A stretch of DNA of 44,323 nt from a bacterium (GCA_022616085.1 JAKEFN010000096.1:1-44323); one strand, 5' to 3'. Counted from the stretch's first letter, positions 35,402 to 44,323 are shown. A program made the numbers and translations. Notes: generated by a model from the letters alone, not told the origin.

Positions 35402-36529
35402 TCAATCCTCGTGCTTCACCGCGATAGCAAGAATCTCCTTGGCGATTTTTTCGGCGGCATCGGTGTGCCCGAAGGCGCGCGCGGCTACACTCATTTTTTG
35501 AAACTCTATGGGATTCTTGAATAAGCGGTCTATTTCGGAGATCAAAACATGCGGGGTCAAATTCTCTTCCTCTATCACAATCGCACCCCCCTCCCGCGCA
35601 TAATTATACGCGTTGGTTACCTGATCGCGGCTGATCTCTCTGTGTATCGGTATGATAATGGCCGGTATTCCCCAAACGGCAATCTCAAAAAGCGTCGAAC
35701 CACCGCGCGTGATAATAATATTCGCAATGCCCGCCGCCATGCGAAGAGCCAAGTCGTCTAGATATCCAAACGGCTTATAGCGATGCGCGAATTCGCTTCG
35801 TTCAAGCGCAACCGCCGCCGTGCCTTTAACCTCTTCTATATTTTTTTCGCCGGTCTGATGCACGACTTGATAACGCTTCAAGAGTTCGGGAAGCGTGTCA
35901 AGAATGGCGTCGTTGACGCGCTCCGCTCCTTGCGAACCGCCGAGCACCAGCAAAACGGGGATATCCGCTTCGAGCTTAAGATACTCATGCGCTCCTTCTT
36001 TTATGGGATGCATAACTTCAGATCTTATGGGATTGCCCGTATAGGCGACTTTTTCACTCGGAAAGCGTTTTGCCGCCTCGGGATATGAAACGGCAATCCG
36101 CTTGGCGAATTCGGCCGCCCATAGATTGACGCGCCCGGGAACGGAATCGGATTCGTGAATGAGCACCGGGATTTTGAGAAGCCGCGCGGCGACAAGCGTC
36201 GGGAAGCTCGCGTAGCCTCCCTTCCCCACAACAATATCGGGATACACGTTGTAGAGCTTTACGATCGCTACAAAAATACCGAAAATTGTTTTGAATATAT
36301 CCGGAACATTTTTAAAGGAAAAATATATACGCGCTTTCCCCGCAGGAACCCATTCATATGTTATGTCATGCTTATACAAAAGACCCTCGTCATAGAGCGA
36401 ATCGGAAAAAAAATAAAGATGCACGCCGATGAGGCTTTTTTTGTCGGATTCTTTGTAAAGAGCCTCGGCGATCGCAATAATCGGATAAAAATGACCGCCG
36501 GAGCCGCCGGTTGTAAAAACAATCTTCAT
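35402..36529 (-). CDS. murG: UDP-N-acetylglucosamine--N-acetylmuramyl-(pentapeptide) pyrophosphoryl-undecaprenol GlcNAc transferase
   Basis: MKIVFTTGGSGGHFYPIIAIAEAL and the GT28 architecture. It is 375 aa. Confidence 0.95.
   Translation of the reverse strand: MKIVFTTGGSGGHFYPIIAIAEALYKESDKKSLIGVHLYFFSDSLYDEGLLYKHDITYEWVPAGKARIYFSFKNVPDIFKTIFGIFVAIVKLYNVYPDIVVGKGGYASFPTLVAARLLKIPVLIHESDSVPGRVNLWAAEFAKRIAVSYPEAAKRFPSEKVAYTGNPIRSEVMHPIKEGAHEYLKLEADIPVLLVLGGSQGAERVNDAILDTLPELLKRYQVVHQTGEKNIEEVKGTAAVALERSEFAHRYKPFGYLDDLALRMAAGIANIIITRGGSTLFEIAVWGIPAIIIPIHREISRDQVTNAYNYAREGGAIVIEEENLTPHVLISEIDRLFKNPIEFQKMSVAARAFGHTDAAEKIAKEILAIAVKHED
35404..35460. repeat. 57-bp direct repeat, copy 2 (native murG 3' end)
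   Basis: Identical to 33927-33983. Confidence 0.9.
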
Positions 36530-36545
36530 TTTTCTTTATTTTTTA

Positions 36546-37649
36546 TCACGCCGCCCTCATGTATCGCGACACGCCAAGAATCACCCCCACTTCGGCAAGC
36601 GCCATCATCATCGCGGTCCCGCCATGGCTTATAAAAAGAAGCGGCACGCCGGTAAGAGGAAAAACGCCGAGCATCGAAGCCATGTTTATAAACGACTGCA
36701 ACACTATCAGTATAACAATTCCGGACACGAAAAGTCGAGAAAACCGATCCGGCGCATGGCGCGCAATATAAAAACCGCGATATGCAAAAAGCACGAATAC
36801 GGCAATGATAAACGAAGTTCCGATAAATCCGAATTCTTCCGCCGCAACCGCAAAAATGGAATCGCCGATCGGTTCCGGAAGAAAATTGAATTTTTGGATG
36901 CTCTGCCCGAACCCACGGCCGGTGAACGCGCCCGAACCGACCGCGATGAGCGACTGCTGGATTTGGTAAGAAGATCCAAGAGGGTCGTCTTCGGGGTTGA
37001 TAAAAGTCATCATACGATCCATGAGATAGGGCTTCATAAAAAGAAGAACGAGGAGACCTGCGCAAAGCGCGCCGATGAGGACGAGGAAATGCCGCCATTT
37101 GCATCCATTTACCAGATATACGCCAAGAAACATAGATGCCATGACGATAAATGTGCCTGTATCGGGTTGCATGATAAGAAGAACGCCGACAATCCCGATC
37201 ATTGCCGCAATCGGCACAAGCCCGTGGCGCACCGTCTCCCCTTTTGCTTTTACCCACGAAAACCATGCGGCCGCATATGCCGCGGCTCCGAATTTCAAAA
37301 ATTCGGCCGGTTGAAAGCTGAATGTCCCGATATGAATCCATCGCGTCGCCCCTCCATGCTCAAAACCAAGCGATGGTATGAATACTCCCGCGGTAAGGAT
37401 AATTCCCCCAAGAAAAAGATAAAAAGCGTATTTTCGCCACATCGTGTAATGTATGCGGGAAAACAAAAAAAGAAAAAAACCGCCGAGCACAATCCCGAGA
37501 AAAAACTGGTTGAAGACCAAGCCTCCGACTGCAATGCTCCCGCGCGCCAGAAGACCCAAAGATGCGGAACTAAAGATAAAAAAGCCGCCGGATACGAGCA
37601 AAACGACAAGCGTGAGAAAAAATTTGTCTACCGTCCTTTGGCCTTCCAT
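36546..37649 (-). CDS. ftsW: FtsW/RodA/SpoVE (SEDS) family protein
   Basis: A 367-aa polytopic membrane protein with SEDS motifs (QPAEFLK, PEPIGDSIFA, GVPLLFISHGGTAM). It lies between mraY and murG. Confidence 0.9.
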   Translation of the reverse strand: MEGQRTVDKFFLTLVVLLVSGGFFIFSSASLGLLARGSIAVGGLVFNQFFLGIVLGGFFLFLFSRIHYTMWRKYAFYLFLGGIILTAGVFIPSLGFEHGGATRWIHIGTFSFQPAEFLKFGAAAYAAAWFSWVKAKGETVRHGLVPIAAMIGIVGVLLIMQPDTGTFIVMASMFLGVYLVNGCKWRHFLVLIGALCAGLLVLLFMKPYLMDRMMTFINPEDDPLGSSYQIQQSLIAVGSGAFTGRGFGQSIQKFNFLPEPIGDSIFAVAAEEFGFIGTSFIIAVFVLFAYRGFYIARHAPDRFSRLFVSGIVILIVLQSFINMASMLGVFPLTGVPLLFISHGGTAMMMALAEVGVILGVSRYMRAA

Positions 37650-37650
37650 G

Positions 37651-38712
37651 TTAGGAAATAAGAGCGATTATCATCCCGAGAGCCGCCATCACAGCCGCAA
37701 TAACCCAATACCGCATGGTTACCTTATACGCGGGCCAGCCCTTTGCCTCGAAGTGATGATGGATGGGAGCCACGATAAAAACCTTTTTTCCGAATATTTT
37801 TTTCGATCCGACCTGAATGACCGTCGAGAGCACGGTCGCAAAAAGAGGAAAAGCGATAATGGGAAGTAAAAGAACCGAATTCGTAAGAAACGCAACAATC
37901 GCGAGCGTAAGCGTAAGAGACATGGTTCCCGTCTCCGAAAGATAAAACCGCGCCGGCGGGATGTTAAACCACAAAAAAGCAAGAAGGCCGCCGGTCACGA
38001 CCGAACAGAACGCCGCAAGGTCAATCTGGTTCTGAAAAAAAGCGACCCCCGCGTATGCGGCAAAAATAGCGGCAAAAACGCCTCCGGAAAGCCCGTCGAT
38101 CCCGTCAATAATCCCTCCCGCATACAGGGCAAGCATAACCGCAATAAAAAACGGGATGAAAAAAAATCCCATCACCCATTCCCCTACGAACGGAACATGG
38201 ATGCCCTCCACGCCGAGCTTTTCGTAAAACCACCAAGCGCCGACCGCCCCCGCAAAAAAAACGACAATAAGCCGTTTCCCAAGGGAAAGTCCGCCCGGAA
38301 GATACCCCTTTTTTTCCGAGACATCAAAATAATCGTCAACAAGACCGACACCGGCGCCGAGGAGGAGCGTAAAAAGCGCGAGCCATGTCTGGTTTCTGCT
38401 CAAAAAATTCATTTTTTCCGCAACATCTCCGAGGAACATCTCTGAAATCAGGTAAAAAAGAAGAATTGTGAGAGATGCGGCGCCCCACACGATTATCCCT
38501 CCCATGCGCGGAGTGCCCACTTCGCGAGCGCGGCTTTCGAGTTCATTATATATGAGTTTTTTTTCTCCGGTAAACGAGACTGATTTCCCCGCGCGTTTCC
38601 GCCAAAGCTTATATTTATAGAGATAGTGCGAAACTGCCGGCGTAATCGCAATACCGATAAAAAAAGCGGTCAAAGCCGGCAGAAGCACTTTGAGCACAGA
38701 GAGTTCAACCAT
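37651..38712 (-). CDS. mraY: Phospho-N-acetylmuramoyl-pentapeptide transferase
   Basis: A polytopic protein with DDYFD, GIDGLSGG and APIHHHFE motifs. Confidence 0.95.
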   Translation of the reverse strand: MVELSVLKVLLPALTAFFIGIAITPAVSHYLYKYKLWRKRAGKSVSFTGEKKLIYNELESRAREVGTPRMGGIIVWGAASLTILLFYLISEMFLGDVAEKMNFLSRNQTWLALFTLLLGAGVGLVDDYFDVSEKKGYLPGGLSLGKRLIVVFFAGAVGAWWFYEKLGVEGIHVPFVGEWVMGFFFIPFFIAVMLALYAGGIIDGIDGLSGGVFAAIFAAYAGVAFFQNQIDLAAFCSVVTGGLLAFLWFNIPPARFYLSETGTMSLTLTLAIVAFLTNSVLLLPIIAFPLFATVLSTVIQVGSKKIFGKKVFIVAPIHHHFEAKGWPAYKVTMRYWVIAAVMAALGMIIALIS

Positions 38713-38786
38713 TAGCGCTCATTATACAATATTTTCATTTATACCCAAATTTTTGACAAATTAACACAAGTGTCACCAACGCTTGA

Positions 38787-40070
38787 TTAATGTACATATT
38801 TTGTTTTCGCTTCTATTCTCTCTTTTCCCATATCATGCTGGAGCGCCGCAGGGATGTTGATTGACCCATCCTCGTTCTGGTTGCACTCGAGGATGGACGC
38901 AAGAATGCGCGGGGTTGCGATTGCGGTATTATTGAGAGAATGAACGAAACGAATCTTGCCGTCTTTATCCTTATAGCGGATATTGAGGCGCCGCGTCTGA
39001 AAATCATGAAAATACGACGCGGAATGCGTTTCGCGATATTTCTTCTCTGAAGGAACCCATGCCTCAAGATCATATTTCTTCACCTGTCCGAGTCCGAGGT
39101 CCCCGCCGCAGTTTGCAACCACCCGATACGGAAGCCCGAGCTTCTGAACGATCCGCTCGGCGTTGGCGGTGAGGTCTTCATGGAACGATACGCTCGTTTC
39201 GTGGCTCGCTTCACAGAGAATAAGTTGTTCGAGCTTAAAAAATTCATGGACGCGTATAATGCCTTTGGTGTCTTTGCCATGGCTTCCCGCCTCGCGTCGA
39301 AAACAGGGCGAAAAGGCGATAAATTTTTTGGGAAGCTCGGGAGCGGCAAACACTTCGTCCATAAACATTCCCATGGTCGCGACTTCGCCTGTGCCAGCAA
39401 GGAAATCCCCATCTTGCGTTTTATACAAATCCTCCTCGCCTTGCGGAAGATACCCCGTGCCGAGAAAAACTTCTTTCTTAACAAGAGATGGCACAATGAG
39501 AGGAATAAAGCCGTCCTTCACGAATTCACGAAGCGTCATATTCCAGATGGCGAAAGAGAGAAGCGCCGCATCATTCTTCAAAAAGTATCCGCGGAAACCG
39601 GAGACTTTCGCTCCGCGTTCAAAGTCGGCAAGATCAAGATCCTGCATAAGCTCGATATGGCTCTTGGGCGTGAACGAAAAATCGGGAATGTCGCCCCACG
39701 CGCGCACTTCCTTATTGTCCTCATCGTTCTCCCCTTCAGGCACGGACATATCGGGAATATTCGGAACTGAAAGAAGAAGCTTCTGCCAATGAACCATGAC
39801 GCCGCGAAGCTCTTCTTCTTTCTTTTGAAGATCGCGTTTAAGGGATTGCATTTCGGCGATGAGAGAAGTCCGAAGCTCTGGTCCCGCCACTCCTGCGATT
39901 TTTTCGCTCGTTTTGTTCTGCCGCTCCCGCATGCTTTCCACCATGGAAAGAAGCTCCCGCCGTCGAAGATCGATTGCAATAAGCTCGTCTACGTCAAAAG
40001 AAAGCCGTTTCTTCCGTGCCGCTTCTTTGATTAAATCGGGGTTTTCCTGTATAAACTTTATATCTAACAT
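38787..40070 (-). CDS. serS: Seryl-tRNA synthetase
   Basis: MLDIKFIQENPDLIKEAARKK leads into an N-terminal coiled-coil. Class II motifs are present (FRREAGS, TAIATPR). The ATG at M9 of the track ORF is preferred. Confidence 0.93.
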   Translation of the reverse strand: MLDIKFIQENPDLIKEAARKKRLSFDVDELIAIDLRRRELLSMVESMRERQNKTSEKIAGVAGPELRTSLIAEMQSLKRDLQKKEEELRGVMVHWQKLLLSVPNIPDMSVPEGENDEDNKEVRAWGDIPDFSFTPKSHIELMQDLDLADFERGAKVSGFRGYFLKNDAALLSFAIWNMTLREFVKDGFIPLIVPSLVKKEVFLGTGYLPQGEEDLYKTQDGDFLAGTGEVATMGMFMDEVFAAPELPKKFIAFSPCFRREAGSHGKDTKGIIRVHEFFKLEQLILCEASHETSVSFHEDLTANAERIVQKLGLPYRVVANCGGDLGLGQVKKYDLEAWVPSEKKYRETHSASYFHDFQTRRLNIRYKDKDGKIRFVHSLNNTAIATPRILASILECNQNEDGSINIPAALQHDMGKERIEAKTKYVH

Positions 40071-40127
40071 AGTGAATACTGCTATATGTAACAATAATAT
40101 ATTATAAAATACATTTCCATGCCACTC

Positions 40128-40214
40128 CGCCCAAACTCAAAGTTCAAAGTTCAAAACTCAAAACTAAAACGCACACGCAGTTTTGACATTTGAGATTTGA
40201 ACTTTGAGTTTGGG
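40128..40214. repeat. 87-bp near-perfect hairpin of the CAAAACTCAAAA family
   Basis: The arms gcccaaactcaaagttcaaa...tttgaactttgagtttgggc lie between serS and dprA. Confidence 0.8.
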
Positions 40215-40233
40215 CATCCCGTGCTACAAAGCA

Positions 40234-41103
40234 ATGAATAACAAAATAATTTCAGAAAAAATCAGCACACTTTACCCAAAAGACTTTCCGAGATGCCTCA
40301 ACGAAATCCCCGATCCGCCGAAAAAGCTCTTCATGCGCGGCTCTCTCCCCTCGCCGGACACTCATATATTATGCGTTGTGGGTTCGCGGCAATGCTCGGA
40401 CTACGGCAAACGCGCGGCGGAGCGCCTTATCTCAAGTCTTCGCGGCAGAGACGTTGCCATTCTTTCGGGGCTCGCATACGGCATTGATGCGGTTGCGCAC
40501 AGGACCGCACTTGAAGCAGGTCTCAAAACAATCGCCGTGCCAGGGTCGGGCCTCAATCCGAGCGTAATATATCCCTCCGCGCATCGCGTCATCGCCGAAA
40601 AGATAGTGGAAGCCGGCGGCGCGCTTCTCTCCGAATACGAGCCCGATTTCAAAGCAACGCCGTGGAGCTTCCCGCAAAGGAATAGAATCATGGCGGGGCT
40701 TTCGCGAAGCGTCCTTATTGTTGAAGCTAGTGAAAAATCAGGCTCGCTCATCACCGCGCGACTCGCGATGGACTACAACCGCGATGTCTATGCGGTGCCC
40801 GGGCATATTTTTTCAAAAACGGCCGCCGGAACGAATAAGCTCATCAAAGACGGCGCAACGCCGGTCATCTCGGCAGAAGAATTTCTGATTGACCTTGGAT
40901 TTGCGCCCGACGAAAAAACAGACAAAAACCTTGATCTCTCGCCGGAAGAATTACGTATCTACGAACTGCTTGCCGAACCGCTCTCTCGCGACGATCTTGC
41001 GGATCGTGCAAAAATTCCCATTGCCGAGCTCAATATCCTTCTTTCCTCGCTTGAGTTAAAAGGTTCGGTCGCTGAATATTCCGGCAAGATTGCGCGCGTA
41101 TAA
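40234..41103 (+). CDS. dprA: DNA processing protein DprA (Smf)
   Basis: GSRQCSDYGKRAA...LSGLAYGIDAVAHR...RNRIMAGLS...KSGSLITA. The ATG at M11 of the track ORF is preferred because the TTG start lies inside the hairpin. Confidence 0.9.
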   Translation: MNNKIISEKISTLYPKDFPRCLNEIPDPPKKLFMRGSLPSPDTHILCVVGSRQCSDYGKRAAERLISSLRGRDVAILSGLAYGIDAVAHRTALEAGLKTIAVPGSGLNPSVIYPSAHRVIAEKIVEAGGALLSEYEPDFKATPWSFPQRNRIMAGLSRSVLIVEASEKSGSLITARLAMDYNRDVYAVPGHIFSKTAAGTNKLIKDGATPVISAEEFLIDLGFAPDEKTDKNLDLSPEELRIYELLAEPLSRDDLADRAKIPIAELNILLSSLELKGSVAEYSGKIARV

Positions 41104-41154
41104 ATTTTCTCCACTATTGCAAAAAATATTATTATATAGTATTTAGTTACAACT

Positions 41155-43353
41155 ATGAAGTTGGTTATTGTCGAGTCGCCGTCAAAATCAAAAACGATTT
41201 CGAAATATCTGGGTCCCGGATATACGGTCAAAGCGAGCGTCGGACACGTGCGCGACCTTCCGAAATCAAACAAAAAAGCCATTGATATAGATGGCGGTTT
41301 TGTGCCGCACTATGAAATATCAAAAGGCAAAGAAAAAGTGATTGCCGAACTCGCCTCACTCGCAAAGAAGTCCGATGAAATAATCCTCGCAACCGACCCC
41401 GACCGCGAGGGCGAAGCGATCGCGTGGCACATAGCCGACGCCATAGGCGTCGGAAGTCAAAACTCAAAAGTCAAAACTCAAAAGCTGAAAAGGATTGTTT
41501 TCCATGAAATCACAAAAGATGCGGTGCAAGAAGCGCTTGCGCATCCGCGAGCCATCGATGAAGACCTCCGACGAGCGCAGGAGGCGCGCAGGGTGCTTGA
41601 CCGGCTTGTCGGATACGATCTCTCGGAGCTTATCTGGAAAAAAGTGCGCTACGGGCTCTCTGCCGGAAGGGTTCAGTCTCCCGCGCTTCGGATACTTGTT
41701 GAGCGCGAGCGTGAAATAAAAGCGTTCAAGCCGGAAATCTATTTTGTCATTACTGCAAACGCCAAAAATGAAAAAGGCGAGAATTTTCTCCTCACGTGCG
41801 GAGAACAGCCGAAATCGCGCGGGGAAGCCGATCGGATAGAAAAAATTGCGCGGGAGAATGAATGGCGCATCAAAGACGTGAAAGAATCCGAAGCGAAACG
41901 CGCCCCATACGCGCCGTTTTCGACTTCAACGCTCCAGCAGGCGGCAAGCTCGCGGCTCGGGCTTTCCCCTTCAAACACGATGCGCATCGCCCAAAAACTC
42001 TACGAAGCGGGGCTTATTACCTACATGCGCACAGACAGCGCGAACATCGGAAAAGACGCTCTCTCGAAAATTCATGCGCTCGTCAAAAAAGAATACGGAG
42101 AAAATTTCCTTGAGCCGAGAATATACAAGACAATGGCAAAAAACGCGCAGGAAGCGCACGAAGCGATCCGTCCCGCGGATATTTCACGCATGGAAGCGGG
42201 CGCGGCGGCAGACCAAAAAAAACTCTACCGCCTTATTTGGCGGAGAACGGTCGCGTCGCAGATGGCTGATGCAAAAATGAAAAAAATGAAAATAACGGCG
42301 AACGTATCCGGAGACAGCATTCCCGATTTTTCCGCAACCGGCTCGCGCATCGTCTTTGACGGATGGTTTGCGGCTGATCCCGAATCGCGCGGGAAAGAAA
42401 ATGAGCTTCCAAAAGTTGCTATAAATGAAAAAATCATGCTCATAGACATACAGTCTGAAGAAAAAGCGACCGAACCCCCTCCGCGCTATTCGGAAGCGGG
42501 GCTTGTCAAAGAACTCGAGAAACGCGGCATCGGTCGGCCCTCCACCTACGCTTCGATCATAAAAACAATCCAAGACCGCGGCTACGTGGAGAAAGAAGGC
42601 CGTGCGCTCCGGCCCACCGACACAGGTGAAGTGGTGAGCGGATTTCTTGAGAAGCATTTCGGGCATATCATAAGCGACACATTCACCGCAGAGATGGAGA
42701 ACGAGCTTGATGAGATTTCCCGCGGGGAACGGAAGTATGCCAAAACGCTCAAAGAATTTTACACCCCGTTCCGTAAGCTCGTGGAATCAAAGGAGAATAT
42801 AGAAAAACTCACAAGTCTCGGCGATGCTCCGACAGAATTCAAGTGCCCCGTCTGCGGCGGCGCAATGGAGATGAAGCTTGGCAAAAGCGGCGTTTTTATG
42901 AGCTGTAAGAAATATCCCGAATGTGTCGGAGCACGGACAAGAGAAGGAGAAGCAATGAAAGGCCCGGAAGAAACCGGCGAAGACTGCCCCGAATGCGGAG
43001 GAAAACTGGTGATGCGTGCCGGAAAATATGGATCTTTCGTCTCCTGCGGCAACTATCCCAAATGCAAATTTATTAAAAAAGACGAAAAAGAAGAAGAAAA
43101 AAGAAAAACGGGAGTCGCGTGTCCTCTCTGCAATAAGGGAGAAATGATGGAGCGGCGCGGGCGATTCGGCATCTTTTACGGATGCTCAAATTATCCCGCG
43201 TGCAAGAATGCCATAAAAGCAAAACCGACCGGCAGACTGTGTCCCGATTGCGGAACGCTAATGATGGAAGGAACAAAAACCATTCCCGAGCGCTGTTCCG
43301 ACAAAACCTGCCCGAATCATAATCCGCATAAAAAACATAATTCATCGGCTTGA
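41155..43353 (+). CDS. topA: DNA topoisomerase I
   Basis: A TOPRIM N-terminus (MKLVIVESPSKSKTISKYLG, DPDREGEAIAWH), the catalytic region (ITYMRTDS) and four C-terminal C4 zinc-ribbon repeats. Confidence 0.95.
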   Translation: MKLVIVESPSKSKTISKYLGPGYTVKASVGHVRDLPKSNKKAIDIDGGFVPHYEISKGKEKVIAELASLAKKSDEIILATDPDREGEAIAWHIADAIGVGSQNSKVKTQKLKRIVFHEITKDAVQEALAHPRAIDEDLRRAQEARRVLDRLVGYDLSELIWKKVRYGLSAGRVQSPALRILVEREREIKAFKPEIYFVITANAKNEKGENFLLTCGEQPKSRGEADRIEKIARENEWRIKDVKESEAKRAPYAPFSTSTLQQAASSRLGLSPSNTMRIAQKLYEAGLITYMRTDSANIGKDALSKIHALVKKEYGENFLEPRIYKTMAKNAQEAHEAIRPADISRMEAGAAADQKKLYRLIWRRTVASQMADAKMKKMKITANVSGDSIPDFSATGSRIVFDGWFAADPESRGKENELPKVAINEKIMLIDIQSEEKATEPPPRYSEAGLVKELEKRGIGRPSTYASIIKTIQDRGYVEKEGRALRPTDTGEVVSGFLEKHFGHIISDTFTAEMENELDEISRGERKYAKTLKEFYTPFRKLVESKENIEKLTSLGDAPTEFKCPVCGGAMEMKLGKSGVFMSCKKYPECVGARTREGEAMKGPEETGEDCPECGGKLVMRAGKYGSFVSCGNYPKCKFIKKDEKEEEKRKTGVACPLCNKGEMMERRGRFGIFYGCSNYPACKNAIKAKPTGRLCPDCGTLMMEGTKTIPERCSDKTCPNHNPHKKHNSSA
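41456..41484 (+). repeat. Tandem 14-nt gtcaaaactcaaaa x2 inside topA
   Basis: It encodes SQNSKVKTQK in the TOPRIM loop. A 24-nt stretch is identical to the reverse complement of ~5331-5354. Confidence 0.75.
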
Positions 43354-43444
43354 TTAATTGACAGTCGTCCAAAATCATATATTCTGTTCAAAGATCTGGC
43401 CTTTATGGTCGGAAATTTGGAAAACGCTTCGGAGGAGGAATCCA

Positions 43445-44179
43445 ATGAAACCTTTAGAAAAGTATTTCCCGTTATACCTTGCTTCTGCGGCGGCCGTTTT
43501 TCCTTTCATCTTCCTTCTTTACGAAGAAGTGAAGATAAACAACGTGATTCTCTGCGCTTCGGGATGGGCGCTTATGGCGTTTATTTTTGCACGAGTGGTG
43601 GCAGTCGGCCACACGGCATTTAGCCGTTATTTTTCAGAATTCGTGGTGAGCTTCTCTGTCTTGTTTTTCGGCGGACTCCTTATAGGGTTCGAAGGTGCGC
43701 GGGTATTGCCGGGGTATGCATGGTTCGCGACATTCGCGGCTGTATATTACATCTTAACCTCGCGCGGGCCTCGCGTGCCGGAAAATACCGTTTTCCTTAC
43801 CGGCGCGCGCGCATATCGAACCGGCGAGCGGTATCCTCTCAAATTTTTCACCATGAACGAATCCCCGCTTGTATTACGATCCGGACCAAAAGAGACAATA
43901 AAAACCGACGATTTATCATACAGTTCGGACGGCGAAGAATGGAGACAAGCCGAATCAATCGTTACGTGGAGAATAGAGTCCCTCAACTCGAAAGCGGATT
44001 ACGAATCAATAAAAAAGGCCTACCGTTCCGCGATTGGAGATGCGGTTTTGACGATGAAATCAAGAGAAGATATGAATGAAGCCGCTGAAGTTTTTCAAAA
44101 ATTAGAAAATAATTTCAGCCCGAAGATACACATAAAAGAACTGCGATTTAGGATACAAAAAAAGCAGGCAGTGTCCTGA
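43445..44179 (+). CDS. Hypothetical membrane protein (244 aa)
   Basis: A GGAGGAGG RBS lies 6 nt upstream of the ATG at M30 of the track ORF. About four TM helices are followed by a soluble C-terminal part. Confidence 0.7.
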   Translation: MKPLEKYFPLYLASAAAVFPFIFLLYEEVKINNVILCASGWALMAFIFARVVAVGHTAFSRYFSEFVVSFSVLFFGGLLIGFEGARVLPGYAWFATFAAVYYILTSRGPRVPENTVFLTGARAYRTGERYPLKFFTMNESPLVLRSGPKETIKTDDLSYSSDGEEWRQAESIVTWRIESLNSKADYESIKKAYRSAIGDAVLTMKSREDMNEAAEVFQKLENNFSPKIHIKELRFRIQKKQAVS

Positions 44180-44188
44180 CGAGCCGAT

Positions 44189-44215
44189 CCCCGCATACGC
44201 ACGGGGATTTTTTGA
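44189..44215 (+). terminator. Rho-independent terminator
   Basis: ccccg-catacgca-cgggg followed by attttttt. Confidence 0.7.
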
Positions 44216-44223
44216 ACATGCTC

Positions 44224-44323
44224 TAGAGCATGTTCAAAAACTCTTGACTACTGCGAATTCATGTTGCGGGCTGCAAACGGCGGCTCGGAAAGCTCAAAAT
44301 ATCAACAATATTCTTCGCTTTCC
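44224..44323. repeat. Right copy of the ~99-bp inverted repeat (partner of 1-99)
   Basis: The reverse complement of 44224-44321 matches 1-99. Its inner end forms a 32-bp perfect palindrome with the preceding 16 nt. Confidence 0.85.

Noticed and set aside
36526-37661. Long ORFs overlapping ftsW in other frames or on the other strand (36526-37341 minus, 36624-37661 plus).
   Set aside because: Their translations are Arg/Cys/His-rich nonsense typical of shadow ORFs. The SEDS-family frame (36546-37649) has clear family motifs.
1-44323. The whole window considered as a linear phage or plasmid with inverted terminal repeats.
   Set aside because: The content is core chromosomal (four aaRS, RF1, ribosomal proteins, mraY/ftsW/murG/ddl, topA). 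There are no replication, packaging or structural genes.

Overview
This is a gene-dense 44.3-kb bacterial chromosomal segment with about 47 CDS, roughly 80% on the minus strand, read under the standard code (TGA is used as a stop). Content is mostly housekeeping. It includes four aminoacyl-tRNA synthetases (leuS, ileS, gltX, serS) and a partial dcw block (mraY-ftsW-murG, with ddl elsewhere). It also carries prfA-rpmE, rplY, ychF, uvrC, dprA-topA, mltG, two coiled-coil cell-wall hydrolases and one tRNA-Leu(UAG). Many small membrane or hypothetical ORFs and the overall gene set fit a small-genome uncultivated bacterium (CPR/Patescibacteria-like); this is inference only.

The non-routine signals are:
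1. A 162-bp palindromic MITE-like element in two copies with 6-7 bp target-site duplications. One copy cleanly splits a hicA toxin gene; the other supplies the leuS stop codon.
2. An IleRS carrying a ~195-aa histidine-phosphatase (RHG) domain inserted in the synthetase body.
3. A 1.4-kb two-gene cassette (SAM methyltransferase plus a receiver-like protein) bounded by a perfect 57-bp duplication of the murG 3' end.
4. Two 144-bp tandem units after tRNA-Leu, each ending in a copy of the tRNA 3' end and showing compensatory hairpin changes.
5. An IS200/RAYT-type Y1 transposase flanked by inverted REP-like hairpins.
6. A ~99-bp inverted repeat at the two window edges.
7. An A-rich CAAAACTCAAAA repeat family with one copy in frame inside topA.
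8. A recurrent leaderless-promoter architecture.

No rRNA or CRISPR array was seen. ORF coordinates follow the supplied track. Internal starts were chosen by arithmetic on that track. Non-ORF coordinates were hand-counted and may be off by 1-2 nt.
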